Sequence record: NC_134264.1
Strand: one strand, 5' to 3'
Source: Escherichia phage Lindwurm
Length of the DNA stretch: 64,000 nt
Within the stretch, counting starts at the first letter, position 1. Each line of letters opens with the position of its first letter. This document shows positions 36,093 to 45,715 of this stretch, one piece after another. Both the position numbers and the translations under genes were made by a program. Under the pieces are notes generated by a model. It had not been told where the DNA came from and made no database searches. It saw nothing but the letters and a program-made list of their open reading frames with translations.

Positions 36093-36121
36093 TTGCTTAG
36101 ATGCCCAAACTTTTGTATAAT
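36093..36121 (+). promoter_or_regulatory. T5-type early promoter
   Basis: TTGCTT-17 bp-TATAAT. Confidence 0.65.
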
Positions 36122-36152
36122 ATGTTTATAGATTGAGGCAAGAGGATTAAAT

Positions 36153-36851
36153 ATGAGGATTATTTCTAAGTTCGCCGATGTGTATGATTTGCAGAACAGT
36201 TTGTTCGACCCAGATCGTGTGTGGGAACGTAAAACTGAGGAGTTACTGGTTAAAGTAACTGATGATGCAGAAAAGAACATTGTGCATACTCGCCAGGTAT
36301 TTCGTGATGGTTCGCTATCTTTTCGTGGTGATTTCGAATATTTTGTAAACCCACTATTTGTTGCAGGTGAAGTTTACTGGTTACACGAGCTGTACTGCTG
36401 GCATCCAGCGTTTAGCTTCAAAACGTTCAACCTCGACACTATGTTCGATAAAATGGAAGAGATGGGATTGCATGCTCGCTCTTACTTAATGGATAAGAGT
36501 CGTGGAGATGTTCGTGAAACAATGCGTGATTTGCTCGCTGAAGCAAAACCTAAAGCAGAACGTATCTTATCCGAACTGCGTGTACCGATTGCATATGTGA
36601 AAGGTATTAAAAAGAACGATAACGATGATGTTCGTAACTTCGTGATTCAGACTAACATTCGTTTCCATCAGTCAGGTATTCCGTGGCAGGAAATTGAAAG
36701 TAACTTATACCGTTTACACCAAGTTCTCGAACAGTATATCTTCGGTGTACTAGGAACTGGTGAGCCTGATATGATTAAAGTATCAGATAAAGACAGGTTA
36801 GCAGCGCATGGATTTGATACAAAAACTTCTTTCAGGAATATGGCACGGTAA
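36153..36851 (+). CDS. hypothetical protein
   Basis: 232-aa ORF with AGAGGA RBS. Confidence 0.55.
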   Translation: MRIISKFADVYDLQNSLFDPDRVWERKTEELLVKVTDDAEKNIVHTRQVFRDGSLSFRGDFEYFVNPLFVAGEVYWLHELYCWHPAFSFKTFNLDTMFDKMEEMGLHARSYLMDKSRGDVRETMRDLLAEAKPKAERILSELRVPIAYVKGIKKNDNDDVRNFVIQTNIRFHQSGIPWQEIESNLYRLHQVLEQYIFGVLGTGEPDMIKVSDKDRLAAHGFDTKTSFRNMAR

Positions 36852-37257
36852 GTGGTATATCCTGGGAGCAGGTCTAGCGATAGGCATCGGGTTCGGTGCT
36901 TATCACTTAGTAGATAAAGTGGAGACTTTAGCGGGAGATCTTGCAGTAGCTACTAAAAAGATTTCTTCTCTAGAGACTTCCCTTAATAATGTGAAAGCTG
37001 AAAGCGAACTTCGTGAGACTAGAATGAATCAGTATTTCACGATGAATAATATTTCTCAAGCAGACTTAGATAAGAAAATTGGTCAGCTTGATAAAGCACT
37101 TAACCGCCAAGATATTATAGCTGCAAAGCCTGGATTGGTAACATTAATTGCTAAAAAGCAGAGTAAGGAGTTCGAGGAAAGATTAGCATGTTTAACTGGA
37201 AACTTGGAATACTGCTCGCAGCCGCAATCACAATCACAGGCTGTGCACAAGAAATAG
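36808..37257 (+). CDS. i-spanin-like membrane protein
   Basis: N-terminal TM helix then coiled-coil periplasmic domain. Confidence 0.4.
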   Translation: MDLIQKLLSGIWHGKWYILGAGLAIGIGFGAYHLVDKVETLAGDLAVATKKISSLETSLNNVKAESELRETRMNQYFTMNNISQADLDKKIGQLDKALNRQDIIAAKPGLVTLIAKKQSKEFEERLACLTGNLEYCSQPQSQSQAVHKK

Positions 37258-37541
37258 AGCCAGAACCCACACACGAGTTACCAACAGCTCATGTAGATTG
37301 GCCTAAAGGACTTCAACCTTGTAGCTTTGACTTTAAGTTTGAAAAGAAATTAGCTACAAATGGAGAAGATGGCGTAGTAGTTGTTGTACCATATAAAGAT
37401 TGGAATATGTTGGCAAAATGCCGTGAGGCAGAATATTCATATATTTCACGACTGACAAGTATGGTTTGCTTCTATCGTCAAGATTTGCAAGAAAAACGTT
37501 GTTTAGTATATTATCCACCAATTAACAATAGGAAAGATTAA
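37188..37541 (+). CDS. lipoprotein (o-spanin-like)
   Basis: Lipobox LAAAITITGC; start overlaps 3' end of preceding TM/coiled-coil gene. Confidence 0.4.
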   Translation: MFNWKLGILLAAAITITGCAQEIEPEPTHELPTAHVDWPKGLQPCSFDFKFEKKLATNGEDGVVVVVPYKDWNMLAKCREAEYSYISRLTSMVCFYRQDLQEKRCLVYYPPINNRKD

Positions 37542-38293
37542 TGTCAGTATTAGTCGGTTTACATGGTGAAGCTGGTTCGGGAAAAGATACAGTTGCAAAA
37601 TTAATTATCGATTGGTGTAATGACACGTATCCAACGTGTTTATCCCGTCGTTATAGTTTTGCTAAGCCCGTTTATGAACTTGCATCCGTAATCCTCGGTG
37701 TAACTCCAGAGTTTCTAGGAGAGCGCAGAGGAAAAGAGATTGACCAATGGTTTACGGTCACACAATCTCAATTGGAGCGAGCCAGAGATGTGTGGTTTAA
37801 GTACGGTATCGATAAGTTTGAAGACTTCTCGTACGTTTGGCCTATTTTTGAGGAAAAATATCTTAATCCTCAACAACTTATCTCAGAGAGTAAAGAAGAT
37901 GGACTTTATAGTTTATTTATTTCTCCGAGAAAAATGTTACAGCTCGTAGGAACAGAGCTAGGAAGGCAGCTGGTGCATGAACGCATTTGGCTCATAATTC
38001 TGGAGCAATCCATCGCTAAAGACGACCCAGACGTCGCCGTAATAACAGATGTTAGATTCCCCAATGAAGGAGAGTTACTCAGAGAAACAAACCATTTAGA
38101 TATGGATTCTTTGATAGTAAATGTAGTACCCGCTGAGCAGAAGTTCACTATTAAATCAGATCATCCATCTGAAAGTGGTATTCCTGCAAAATATATTACT
38201 CACGAATTAGTTAATAAATTCGATGGTATCAATAACCTTAAACTAGAAGTTTATAACTTCTGTGACTTAGAGCTAGAACCACTAGTTGGATAA
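37541..38293 (+). CDS. deoxynucleoside monophosphate kinase
   Basis: P-loop GLHGEAGSGKDT; 250 aa, the size of the T5 dNMP kinase. Confidence 0.7.
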   Translation: MSVLVGLHGEAGSGKDTVAKLIIDWCNDTYPTCLSRRYSFAKPVYELASVILGVTPEFLGERRGKEIDQWFTVTQSQLERARDVWFKYGIDKFEDFSYVWPIFEEKYLNPQQLISESKEDGLYSLFISPRKMLQLVGTELGRQLVHERIWLIILEQSIAKDDPDVAVITDVRFPNEGELLRETNHLDMDSLIVNVVPAEQKFTIKSDHPSESGIPAKYITHELVNKFDGINNLKLEVYNFCDLELEPLVG

Positions 38294-38305
38294 TCAAGGA
38301 TCGCT

Positions 38306-38905
38306 ATGACTAATAAAAAAGAAGAAAAGACTAACCTGTTTCACTCCATTCGCCAATCTAACGAGTATACCTTTTTCTTTGATGAAGAATTAGGCCCGCC
38401 GGATGAATACCGTGATTTATCAATGGTACTTATGCAGGCACATGAGGATGACGAAATTAATCTGATGATTAATGGCCCGGGTGGTTATGTTGATACTGCT
38501 GCACAGTTATCTAACTTAATTGCTAATTGCCGTGGAACAGTTATAGGACATCTGGTTGGTCCTAGTGCTTCTGCTTACTGCACAATTTTCCTATCCTGCC
38601 ATGGGTGGGTAGTACATCCACATGCTACGCTAATGGGACACACGTTCTCTGGCGGATTCTGTGAGAAGGGTCAAGAAATCAAGAAAGCCTATGAATCTTA
38701 CAACAAGTTCGTAGAAGATATGATGCTAGATGTCTACTATCCGTTCTTCTCAATAGACGAAATCGACGAGATGGTAAAAGACAACAAAAATATCTATCTA
38801 GATAGCAAAGAAATTCATAAGCGTATTGAAATCTTGGCAAAATATCGATCTGAGCAATATAATAAAGCCCAGTTACCTCAATCAGAAGAGCATAACGAAG
38901 AGTAA
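38306..38905 (+). CDS. ClpP-like serine protease
   Basis: NGPGGYVDTAAQ and GPSASAYC...H blocks resemble ClpP Ser/His. Confidence 0.6.
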   Translation: MTNKKEEKTNLFHSIRQSNEYTFFFDEELGPPDEYRDLSMVLMQAHEDDEINLMINGPGGYVDTAAQLSNLIANCRGTVIGHLVGPSASAYCTIFLSCHGWVVHPHATLMGHTFSGGFCEKGQEIKKAYESYNKFVEDMMLDVYYPFFSIDEIDEMVKDNKNIYLDSKEIHKRIEILAKYRSEQYNKAQLPQSEEHNEE

Positions 38906-38914
38906 GTAATTTTA

Positions 38915-38946
38915 AGCCAGGGTTTAACGACCCTGGCTTTTCTTTT
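38915..38946 (+). terminator. rho-independent terminator
   Basis: GCCAGGG...CCCTGGC stem followed by TTTTCTTTT. Confidence 0.65.
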
Positions 38947-39061
38947 ATCTAAAATTCTTCTTGACAACGACAAAATTTTATGCTCCAGAAGTGATCTTTA
39001 AAAACACATTGTAATTTTCCTCCAAAATTAGTATAATGGTACTGGTTAGAGGAGGTTACAA

Positions 39062-39718
39062 TTGGAAAAGTTCTTACAATTATTAACGGTACTGCTCCAA
39101 GAAGCGAAAGATCCAGCATCGCTTCTTAAACGTCTGCTAACTATCTTAGTTGCTGTCATTATTTTCTTATTTGTTAGTAATACTAGCGAGGTGATGTCAT
39201 TCTTAAAGACTTTCTCCACGTCTGCGGTTCTACAGGATGTTCAAACTCAAAGGATAGATAACTTTCCTAATGTAGCTAGAGAGAAGAGCATGGTACTCTT
39301 TTCTCAAACGGGTGCGGATGCTGTTTTTGTCGTCAAGTATAAACCCGATGCCATTAATGATTATTCTAACATTATTGCATGGGAAAGCAATGCGCAATTA
39401 GATAGGGCTGACTTGGCCGATAAAGCGGTAAATAAAACGTCTGAGCTATATAGACGTCACTTGGAAGGCTTTAACTACGCATCGGATTTAAGTGTAAAAG
39501 TAAATAAATACATGGGGTTAAATATACCTGCGTTTAAGAACGTTACTTTTAATTACATATACACTTGTCCGTATTTCAATCTAAACAATATCTATGCTGG
39601 ATATATTGGTATTGCTTGGAAAGATAATCCTGTAGATGCAGCCGATTCTGAGAAATTTAACGAGTATTTAACAAAGCTCTGTTCCCCACAACAGAGATCT
39701 TTAGGTAGATCAATATGA
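39062..39718 (+). CDS. holin-like membrane protein
   Basis: TTG start after AGAGGAGG RBS; N-terminal TM; directly upstream of endolysin; 218 aa. Confidence 0.55.
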   Translation: MEKFLQLLTVLLQEAKDPASLLKRLLTILVAVIIFLFVSNTSEVMSFLKTFSTSAVLQDVQTQRIDNFPNVAREKSMVLFSQTGADAVFVVKYKPDAINDYSNIIAWESNAQLDRADLADKAVNKTSELYRRHLEGFNYASDLSVKVNKYMGLNIPAFKNVTFNYIYTCPYFNLNNIYAGYIGIAWKDNPVDAADSEKFNEYLTKLCSPQQRSLGRSI

Positions 39719-40128
39719 GTTTTAAATTTGGTAAAAATAGCGAAAAACAATTAGCTACTGTTAAGCCAGAGCTACAAAAAGTAGCTCGTAGAGCTTTAGA
39801 ATTATCTCCATATGATTTCACGATCGTACAGGGTATTCGTACAGTAGCACAAAGTGCCCAGAATATTGCTAATGGTACTTCATTTTTAAAAGATCCTAGT
39901 AAAAGCAAGCATATTACTGGGGATGCCCTTGATTTTGCTCCATACATTAATGGCAAAATTGATTGGAATGATTTAGAAGCATTTTGGGCAGTTAAAAAGG
40001 CTTTTGAACAAGCTGGTAAAGAACTGGGCATTAAACTTCGCTTTGGTGCTGATTGGAATGCTTCGGGAGATTATCACGATGAAATAAAACGTGGTACCTA
40101 TGATGGCGGTCATGTCGAACTAGTTTAA
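39715..40128 (+). CDS. endolysin (L-alanyl-D-glutamate peptidase type)
   Basis: 137 aa; HITGDALDF and C-terminal GGHVE resemble Zn-binding H/D/H of T5-type endolysin. Confidence 0.65.
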   Translation: MSFKFGKNSEKQLATVKPELQKVARRALELSPYDFTIVQGIRTVAQSAQNIANGTSFLKDPSKSKHITGDALDFAPYINGKIDWNDLEAFWAVKKAFEQAGKELGIKLRFGADWNASGDYHDEIKRGTYDGGHVELV

Positions 40129-40138
40129 TTAATAACTG

Positions 40139-40163
40139 AGGCGGGAATATTCCCGCCTTTTTA
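40139..40163 (+). terminator. rho-independent terminator
   Basis: GGCGGGA-ATAT-TCCCGCC hairpin plus TTTTT. Confidence 0.7.
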
Positions 40164-40205
40164 GGCAAAGGGGGCTTTAATAATTTTTGAAGATAGGAGA
40201 AAGCC

Positions 40206-40622
40206 ATGTTTGCAGAACTATTCACTATGATGCTGCTAGGTATCTGGAAAATAAGTCTAGTAGTATTCGTTTTAATGATAGTCTTTACTATCCTTGCATT
40301 AACTACCCGAAATAGCTTATTAATAAAGGTTATTCACGGACTAGAGTATATAATTATGGGTTCATTCGGCGTTTGTAAATGCAATTGCCATAGAGATACG
40401 AAATATTGTTGGTTATGGATGGAACTAGAGAATCCTATATCCATAGCTTTGGCTGTTTCATTCGGTATGATTCTTATGGCCCTTACTCTAGCATTAATAC
40501 CTTTGATGTTAGCTGGGGGAGTTACAGCGTATTTCACCCTTTTCTCCCCGATACTTATGTACTCAATTTACCCAATAACTATGTATCTAGTTAGGAAAAG
40601 ATTTATACATGTAGTAGATTAA
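40206..40622 (+). CDS. multi-pass membrane protein
   Basis: 138 aa with several hydrophobic segments. Confidence 0.5.
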   Translation: MFAELFTMMLLGIWKISLVVFVLMIVFTILALTTRNSLLIKVIHGLEYIIMGSFGVCKCNCHRDTKYCWLWMELENPISIALAVSFGMILMALTLALIPLMLAGGVTAYFTLFSPILMYSIYPITMYLVRKRFIHVVD

Positions 40623-40635
40623 GATAAAAAAGTAG

Positions 40636-40664
40636 TTGACTTTTAGCCCTAGTTATTATATAAT
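40636..40664 (+). promoter_or_regulatory. sigma70-type promoter
   Basis: TTGACT-17 bp-TATAAT. Confidence 0.6.
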
Positions 40665-40697
40665 ATATACATAAATTAGTTAAGAGAGGTATATATT

Positions 40698-41129
40698 ATG
40701 TCTGATCGCTTCTATACTCAAATGGCGGAACATTTTCGTATACCACATTACGAGCTAAACATTGCACTCCGTGATCATGACTCTCCTGAGTACAAAAAGC
40801 TCGAAAAGAAAGCGGAAAAATCTATTGATACAAAGGTAGGTGCATCTATGTCTAAGGGCAAAAAGTTAACTCGTCTTGATCTTAATAAAATTTTAACTGA
40901 ACTTTTGGGTACTGATATTGAAGGTGCTAAATTACCACTTCTTGTACTAGAGACTATGATTAAAAAGGTCAAAAATAAAGAATATAAGAAGGTAGAAGTC
41001 CCGGAAGGCAGATTAAAGGCTCCTTATCAGGAAGCATTAACCGAGTGTTTGGGTGTAAATCTTGATCTGAGCACCGCAACCGTAAAAACTATGAAAAACT
41101 TCTTAGAGGCCATTAATAACTATGAGTAA
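40698..41129 (+). CDS. hypothetical protein
   Basis: 143-aa ORF with AGAGAGG RBS. Confidence 0.5.
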   Translation: MSDRFYTQMAEHFRIPHYELNIALRDHDSPEYKKLEKKAEKSIDTKVGASMSKGKKLTRLDLNKILTELLGTDIEGAKLPLLVLETMIKKVKNKEYKKVEVPEGRLKAPYQEALTECLGVNLDLSTATVKTMKNFLEAINNYE

Positions 41130-41412
41130 ATTAGTATATCTATTGAAAGGTTCCACTTGCAATCCTTGCAAAATGTTTGAGCCAGTATTTGATAAAGTAG
41201 TCAATGACTATAATTTGGAAATCCATAAAGAGACTGATAATACAGAATTAATGCAGAAATTTGGTGTGCGCCAAGTTCCTGTAGTAGTTCTGGCGGATCG
41301 CTTACCTAATGGTCGAGTAGAAGCCAATCATATTCTGATTGGACGTCAGCTTCGTAAAGAAACTATGCACGAAGCTATTAAAAATTTCCTGGATGATAAT
41401 CCAGAGGACTAA
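41122..41412 (+). CDS. thioredoxin/glutaredoxin-like protein
   Basis: CNPC redox motif near N-terminus; 96 aa. Confidence 0.55.
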   Translation: MSKLVYLLKGSTCNPCKMFEPVFDKVVNDYNLEIHKETDNTELMQKFGVRQVPVVVLADRLPNGRVEANHILIGRQLRKETMHEAIKNFLDDNPED

Positions 41413-41419
41413 TAAACAA

Positions 41420-41450
41420 AGCCTGATCTTAGCTGATCAGGCTTTTATTT
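41420..41450 (+). terminator. rho-independent terminator
   Basis: GCCTGATC...GATCAGGC stem followed by TTTTATTTT. Confidence 0.65.
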
Positions 41451-41453
41451 TAC

Positions 41454-41482
41454 TTGCTTTTTGCTAAAAATTTTGGTATAAT
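41454..41482 (+). promoter_or_regulatory. T5-type early promoter
   Basis: TTGCTT-17 bp-TATAAT. Confidence 0.6.
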
Positions 41483-41509
41483 ACTTATATAAATTGATCG
41501 GAGGATTAA

Positions 41510-41755
41510 ATGTTAGCGGAACAAGCAAAGCGTTTAGCCAGGATAAATAGAGCTGCACTTCTTAAGAGCAGAAAGAAACCATATAAGTATGTTAAAAAGA
41601 GAATAGTTTCTTCTGTGGAGATTGGAGGTTCTTTTGTACAGTTTAATCGTGATGAAATTAGTTATGAAGCTATAAAAGCCCTCTATAAGGAGGGTTATAC
41701 TCTCCAACTATCTAATGATTATGGCACAACTATTTTAACTGTTATTTGGGAATAA
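41510..41755 (+). CDS. hypothetical protein
   Basis: 81-aa ORF with GGAGGA RBS. Confidence 0.45.
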   Translation: MLAEQAKRLARINRAALLKSRKKPYKYVKKRIVSSVEIGGSFVQFNRDEISYEAIKALYKEGYTLQLSNDYGTTILTVIWE

Positions 41756-41757
41756 TT

Positions 41758-42621
41758 ATGAAAAAAGAATTTAATGTACATAAAACTCTAGTAGTGCCTG
41801 ATGATGCCAACCTGTTTTTCGTTGGTGATATTCATGGATGCAATGATTTGCTAGAAGATGCGTTGAAATTAGCAGGGTATAATGGCAAAAAAGATTGCTT
41901 AGTATGTGTTGGTGACTTAATTGACCGAGGCACACAAAACCTACAAGTTTTAGCCAAATTCCTGTATAATCCACATTTTATCAGTGTCCGTGGTAATCAT
42001 GACCAATTTATGATTGCAGGAGATTGGGCTAATTGGATGTATAATGGTGGTCTGTGGGCCATGAATGAGCTGGATGCAGACACCATTAAAAATATTGCCG
42101 AAGATATGGCTGAAAAAATGCCAGTATTCCTAACTGTTAGACATCGTGGTAAGAAGTATGGTGTTGTTCACGGTGGCGTACCTTTTACGTACAAAGAATG
42201 TGGTAATGAAGTAGAAACCCCAGTATGGGATAATCTTATTGCACAAGTAGAAGCAGCTAAGGAAGACCCACATGACCACCCTGGATACCATGTTGAACCA
42301 TATTTATGGGATCGAGATGTAATCCAAGAAATAGGCTTCCACTTGTCCAAAAATGGCGAGGAACACCCATATTTCCAGCGTTACGCAGGATTTAAAGAAA
42401 AATACACGGTAGAAGTACCAGAAGTTAAGGGGGTAGATTTCGTATTTCACGGACATACTGGAGTTCCTTACCCACTTCTTTATAAAAACCGTGTCTATCT
42501 TGATACCGGCGGTGTTTTCAACGGGCAGTTGACGGTTGCGCAAGTTAATGATGAAACGGGCAAAATCACCACATTTACTACACTCCGGGAAGATAGCTGT
42601 GGTGTACAGAGGATTCTATAA
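41758..42621 (+). CDS. Ser/Thr protein phosphatase (calcineurin-like metallophosphoesterase)
   Basis: GDIHG, GDLIDRG and GNHD signature blocks. Confidence 0.75.
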   Translation: MKKEFNVHKTLVVPDDANLFFVGDIHGCNDLLEDALKLAGYNGKKDCLVCVGDLIDRGTQNLQVLAKFLYNPHFISVRGNHDQFMIAGDWANWMYNGGLWAMNELDADTIKNIAEDMAEKMPVFLTVRHRGKKYGVVHGGVPFTYKECGNEVETPVWDNLIAQVEAAKEDPHDHPGYHVEPYLWDRDVIQEIGFHLSKNGEEHPYFQRYAGFKEKYTVEVPEVKGVDFVFHGHTGVPYPLLYKNRVYLDTGGVFNGQLTVAQVNDETGKITTFTTLREDSCGVQRIL

Positions 42622-42863
42622 TGGAACGTGAAGAACGTTATGTAGTTATAAAGCTGTCTGATATTGAGAAAGCCATAGAATTAGGGCATATCACTCAAAG
42701 CAACTTTACCACTTTGGAACATATCCTATCTAAACTACAGTATAGTCGAGCGCAACGTGGTAAGGAGGATCTCAAAACCGTCGTGGTAGAGCATGATTGG
42801 CCAGAGTACGAAGAAGTCTGGAAGATGCTGGAGAATCGTGTTGAATTTGAACAAGCACGATAG
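42621..42863 (+). CDS. hypothetical protein; TAG followed in-frame by 41 further codons
   Basis: 80-aa ORF ending TAG at 42861; same frame stays open to 42989. Confidence 0.5.
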   Translation: MEREERYVVIKLSDIEKAIELGHITQSNFTTLEHILSKLQYSRAQRGKEDLKTVVVEHDWPEYEEVWKMLENRVEFEQAR

Positions 42864-43096
42864 GAAGAGATTAACAAAGGCTACCAAGAAGCGAAAGAGC
42901 ACTATGAGGTTTATGATGAAATATTCAAACTTCGTGGTATTAGTAGTTATTGTCAGGGTTGGAATAAATATGCGGAGGAAGTTCTGTAATGAGAAGGACA
43001 CGCTAAGAAATTGATGCCGAAGTTCTTCATGGCATTGCAGTTTGTGTTGGGCTAGCTTTGTTGATGGCCTTACCGTTTATTTTATAAGGATTAAAT

Positions 43097-43687
43097 ATGA
43101 AAGTTAAATTCTGGTCAGACTTGCATCTAGACCACCCTGGAGCGTTACGTTTCCGTCCGTGGTTTAAGAACATGAAAGAGCACGATGAGTATATTCTAGA
43201 CACTTTGTCCAAGCATATTGGTAAACGAACAAAACTTATTTTGCTAGGAGATATTGCAGTAGGCCGTGAGGGACTGGCTAAATTAAAGTCAGTTATCCAC
43301 AATGTTCCTAATCAACTCATTATGGGTAATCATGATGCGGAACGTCAAGGACTGAGCATTAGGGACTTAGCAGAAGTTTATGATGATATTCAGGCTCTAG
43401 GTAAACAGACTGGAGGTGGCAAAAAGTTTTGGCTATCTCACTGCCCTTTGCATCCTAATGAACTTCGTGGCAAACTAAATATCCACGGACACGTACATAC
43501 TACTTCTTTACGTGATCCACGTTATATCAATGTCTCATTTGAAATGAGTAAAACTCCAATTCCACTAGAGGATATTGTGTCTGGTAAGTTTACTAGCTAT
43601 GATAGAGTAGTTAATTGTACTACCGGCGAAGTATTACAAATAGGGGAAGATGTAGCTGCTGTATTACGTGGTGATATAAATGTCTGA
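43097..43687 (+). CDS. metallophosphoesterase
   Basis: DLHLD, GDIAVG, GNHD and GHVH blocks. Confidence 0.65.
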   Translation: MKVKFWSDLHLDHPGALRFRPWFKNMKEHDEYILDTLSKHIGKRTKLILLGDIAVGREGLAKLKSVIHNVPNQLIMGNHDAERQGLSIRDLAEVYDDIQALGKQTGGGKKFWLSHCPLHPNELRGKLNIHGHVHTTSLRDPRYINVSFEMSKTPIPLEDIVSGKFTSYDRVVNCTTGEVLQIGEDVAAVLRGDINV

Positions 43688-43802
43688 GTATATAGCTGAG
43701 GCTATTATTAAACGAATCATACAAGCGATAGCAATACTTATAATCATTTGTATTGCTGTTGGCGCAGGATTAGGCATTTTAATTAAAAGTTTTATTTGCT
43801 AA
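43680..43802 (+). CDS. small membrane peptide
   Basis: 40-aa hydrophobic hand-translated ORF. Confidence 0.3.
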   Translation: MSEYIAEAIIKRIIQAIAILIIICIAVGAGLGILIKSFIC

Positions 43803-43824
43803 AATGCTTAAGTTTCTGTATAAT
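43796..43824 (+). promoter_or_regulatory. T5-type early promoter
   Basis: TTGCTA-17 bp-TATAAT. Confidence 0.65.
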
Positions 43825-43854
43825 TACTTTATAAATTGATGAGAAGGAATCAAA

Positions 43855-44286
43855 ATGAACAAAGTTGATAAAGCTCTAGTTTTCGCAGCAGCAGATAAGT
43901 TTGAACAAGTTAAGGCAACTTTCCGAACCTTGTTCCAGTCTTACGTTCAGGATAAGTCTAATCCTATCTCTGAACGTTTGATGGTCTGGGAATGTCATGC
44001 TTGCAATGCCCTATTAATTGCGGATTATCGTAGCGATATAGATAAAGATCTGTGCGAAATCCTTATCGCTGAGGAGGCAGAACGTTATCAGTTAATATCT
44101 TTCCAAGATTTGGCGGACCATATCATTCCTGATGATCTTTGGGATAAATACTACGGTGATCCTGAAGATGAAGGAATGACTCCAGAAGCCTGTATTGAGC
44201 TGATCTGCAAAGATCATCCTGAAATTGCAGAGAAATTTGAAAAAGTTTTTGCTTCTGAGTTCTCCGGCGTTGTTAACGATTGGTAA
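43855..44286 (+). CDS. hypothetical protein
   Basis: 143-aa ORF with GAAGGAA RBS. Confidence 0.5.
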   Translation: MNKVDKALVFAAADKFEQVKATFRTLFQSYVQDKSNPISERLMVWECHACNALLIADYRSDIDKDLCEILIAEEAERYQLISFQDLADHIIPDDLWDKYYGDPEDEGMTPEACIELICKDHPEIAEKFEKVFASEFSGVVNDW

Positions 44287-44303
44287 GTAATTAAAAAATT
44301 CAG

Positions 44304-44332
44304 TTGCTTTAAGCCTTAAAATTCTGTATAAT
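44304..44332 (+). promoter_or_regulatory. T5-type early promoter
   Basis: TTGCTT-17 bp-TATAAT. Confidence 0.65.
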
Positions 44333-44364
44333 AAGTTTATAAATTAATGAGAGAGGAAATTCTA

Positions 44365-44616
44365 ATGGAAAACATGACTAAAAATGAAATGGCTAACGTT
44401 CTGGCAATTCTCCTCGACATGCAGGGTTTTGAGGGTCAGCTCATGAAGATGTCTATTCCGGCAATGAAAAAGATGTATGATTCTCTGAATAAGAATGCTA
44501 TGGCGTTCAACCTTGCAAAACAGGAAGCACGTTTTGCGAAAGAACATCAGGCAACTGCTGAACGTCGTGCAGCATCTTTTGAGCGTGAAGTTAAGCAACT
44601 GAAAGGTAAGAAATAA
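44365..44616 (+). CDS. hypothetical protein
   Basis: 83-aa ORF from ATG 44365 with GAGAGAGG RBS. Confidence 0.45.
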   Translation: MENMTKNEMANVLAILLDMQGFEGQLMKMSIPAMKKMYDSLNKNAMAFNLAKQEARFAKEHQATAERRAASFEREVKQLKGKK

Positions 44617-44777
44617 TGGAGAATAAACTAGCATTAGTAGCAATAATGGTAGTTTTTCAGGCGATATTTTTGGGACTTATTCACAATAAAGTTTCTAAAC
44701 TAGAAAACTCAGCAAAAGAACTGAAAGTAGAAATGTGTAAATTAGTCCCGGATAACGAAAAATGTAGGGGTATTTAA
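44616..44777 (+). CDS. small membrane protein
   Basis: 53-aa hand-translated ORF, overlapping both neighbours. Confidence 0.35.
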   Translation: MENKLALVAIMVVFQAIFLGLIHNKVSKLENSAKELKVEMCKLVPDNEKCRGI

Positions 44778-45058
44778 TGTTAACTGAAATTCTCATTGGA
44801 CTACTAGTTCTTATGACACTAGTAGCGATTGGTGGGGTTATTGGTATTGTAAGCATACGAAAAAACATGGAGAGTATGCTTACTACTAATAGTGGACTTC
44901 ACTGCCGCTTAATAGAACAAGAACAGGATATTGAACTAGCACAAAGACGCTCAGATATTCTAAAAGAAAAACTAAACAATATTGAAGCAATAGCTGGGAA
45001 TACAAAATTACCTAATAAAGTAATGCGTGCACAGATAATTACGGAGATTAAAAAATGA
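44777..45058 (+). CDS. membrane protein
   Basis: 93 aa, N-terminal TM helix. Confidence 0.45.
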   Translation: MLTEILIGLLVLMTLVAIGGVIGIVSIRKNMESMLTTNSGLHCRLIEQEQDIELAQRRSDILKEKLNNIEAIAGNTKLPNKVMRAQIITEIKK

Positions 45059-45300
45059 TGATGTTTATTCTAGCGTTTTATCTAATTGTGGTTGGCGTAC
45101 TGGTTACTAAATACCACACATGGACGCCAAAGAATGTTGTTAAGGTAGCTTTATTTGTTATTCCAGTTCCACTTATTATCTTTTCTATGTTACTGGTGAT
45201 GTTAGTTGGTAAAGTAACAAAAACCGATATTAAACGTATTGCCGATGAATTGCAACAGTCTTGTGACATGGTAGAGGACATTCTTAAAGATGAAGCTTAA
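45055..45300 (+). CDS. membrane protein
   Basis: 81 aa, two hydrophobic segments. Confidence 0.45.
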   Translation: MMMFILAFYLIVVGVLVTKYHTWTPKNVVKVALFVIPVPLIIFSMLLVMLVGKVTKTDIKRIADELQQSCDMVEDILKDEA

Positions 45301-45616
45301 TTTTAATGAATTAAATACCTTACATGAGATATTACAGTTTGTGAATAATAATATTAGTATTCCAGATGATACACTAGAAGTTCTCATGTTAATCGAGAAA
45401 AAGGTAGGGATTGAAATTGAGGACTCTTGGAAACCACTTTCTGTATTAACACCTCTTAATATGAAAGTGATAGTTAAAAATATTGATACTGGTGAAGAGT
45501 GTGAAATGATTCGTAAAGAACTAGCTGATAGCTATTCACCAAAGTCTGTAGTAATGTATCATAATGACATACCTAAGATCCTACAGACAGCTAATTACGT
45601 ATGGCGTCTCCCATGA
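45290..45616 (+). CDS. hypothetical protein
   Basis: 108-aa ORF. Confidence 0.45.
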   Translation: MKLNFNELNTLHEILQFVNNNISIPDDTLEVLMLIEKKVGIEIEDSWKPLSVLTPLNMKVIVKNIDTGEECEMIRKELADSYSPKSVVMYHNDIPKILQTANYVWRLP

Positions 45617-45715
45617 TTGATTTAGTACCAATTACTGCAGGGCTAATAGCACTATTAGTGCTTGCAGTTTTTATTATTGTGGAGCAGGCCAAAGTAATAA
45701 GGAGACTTAAAAACA

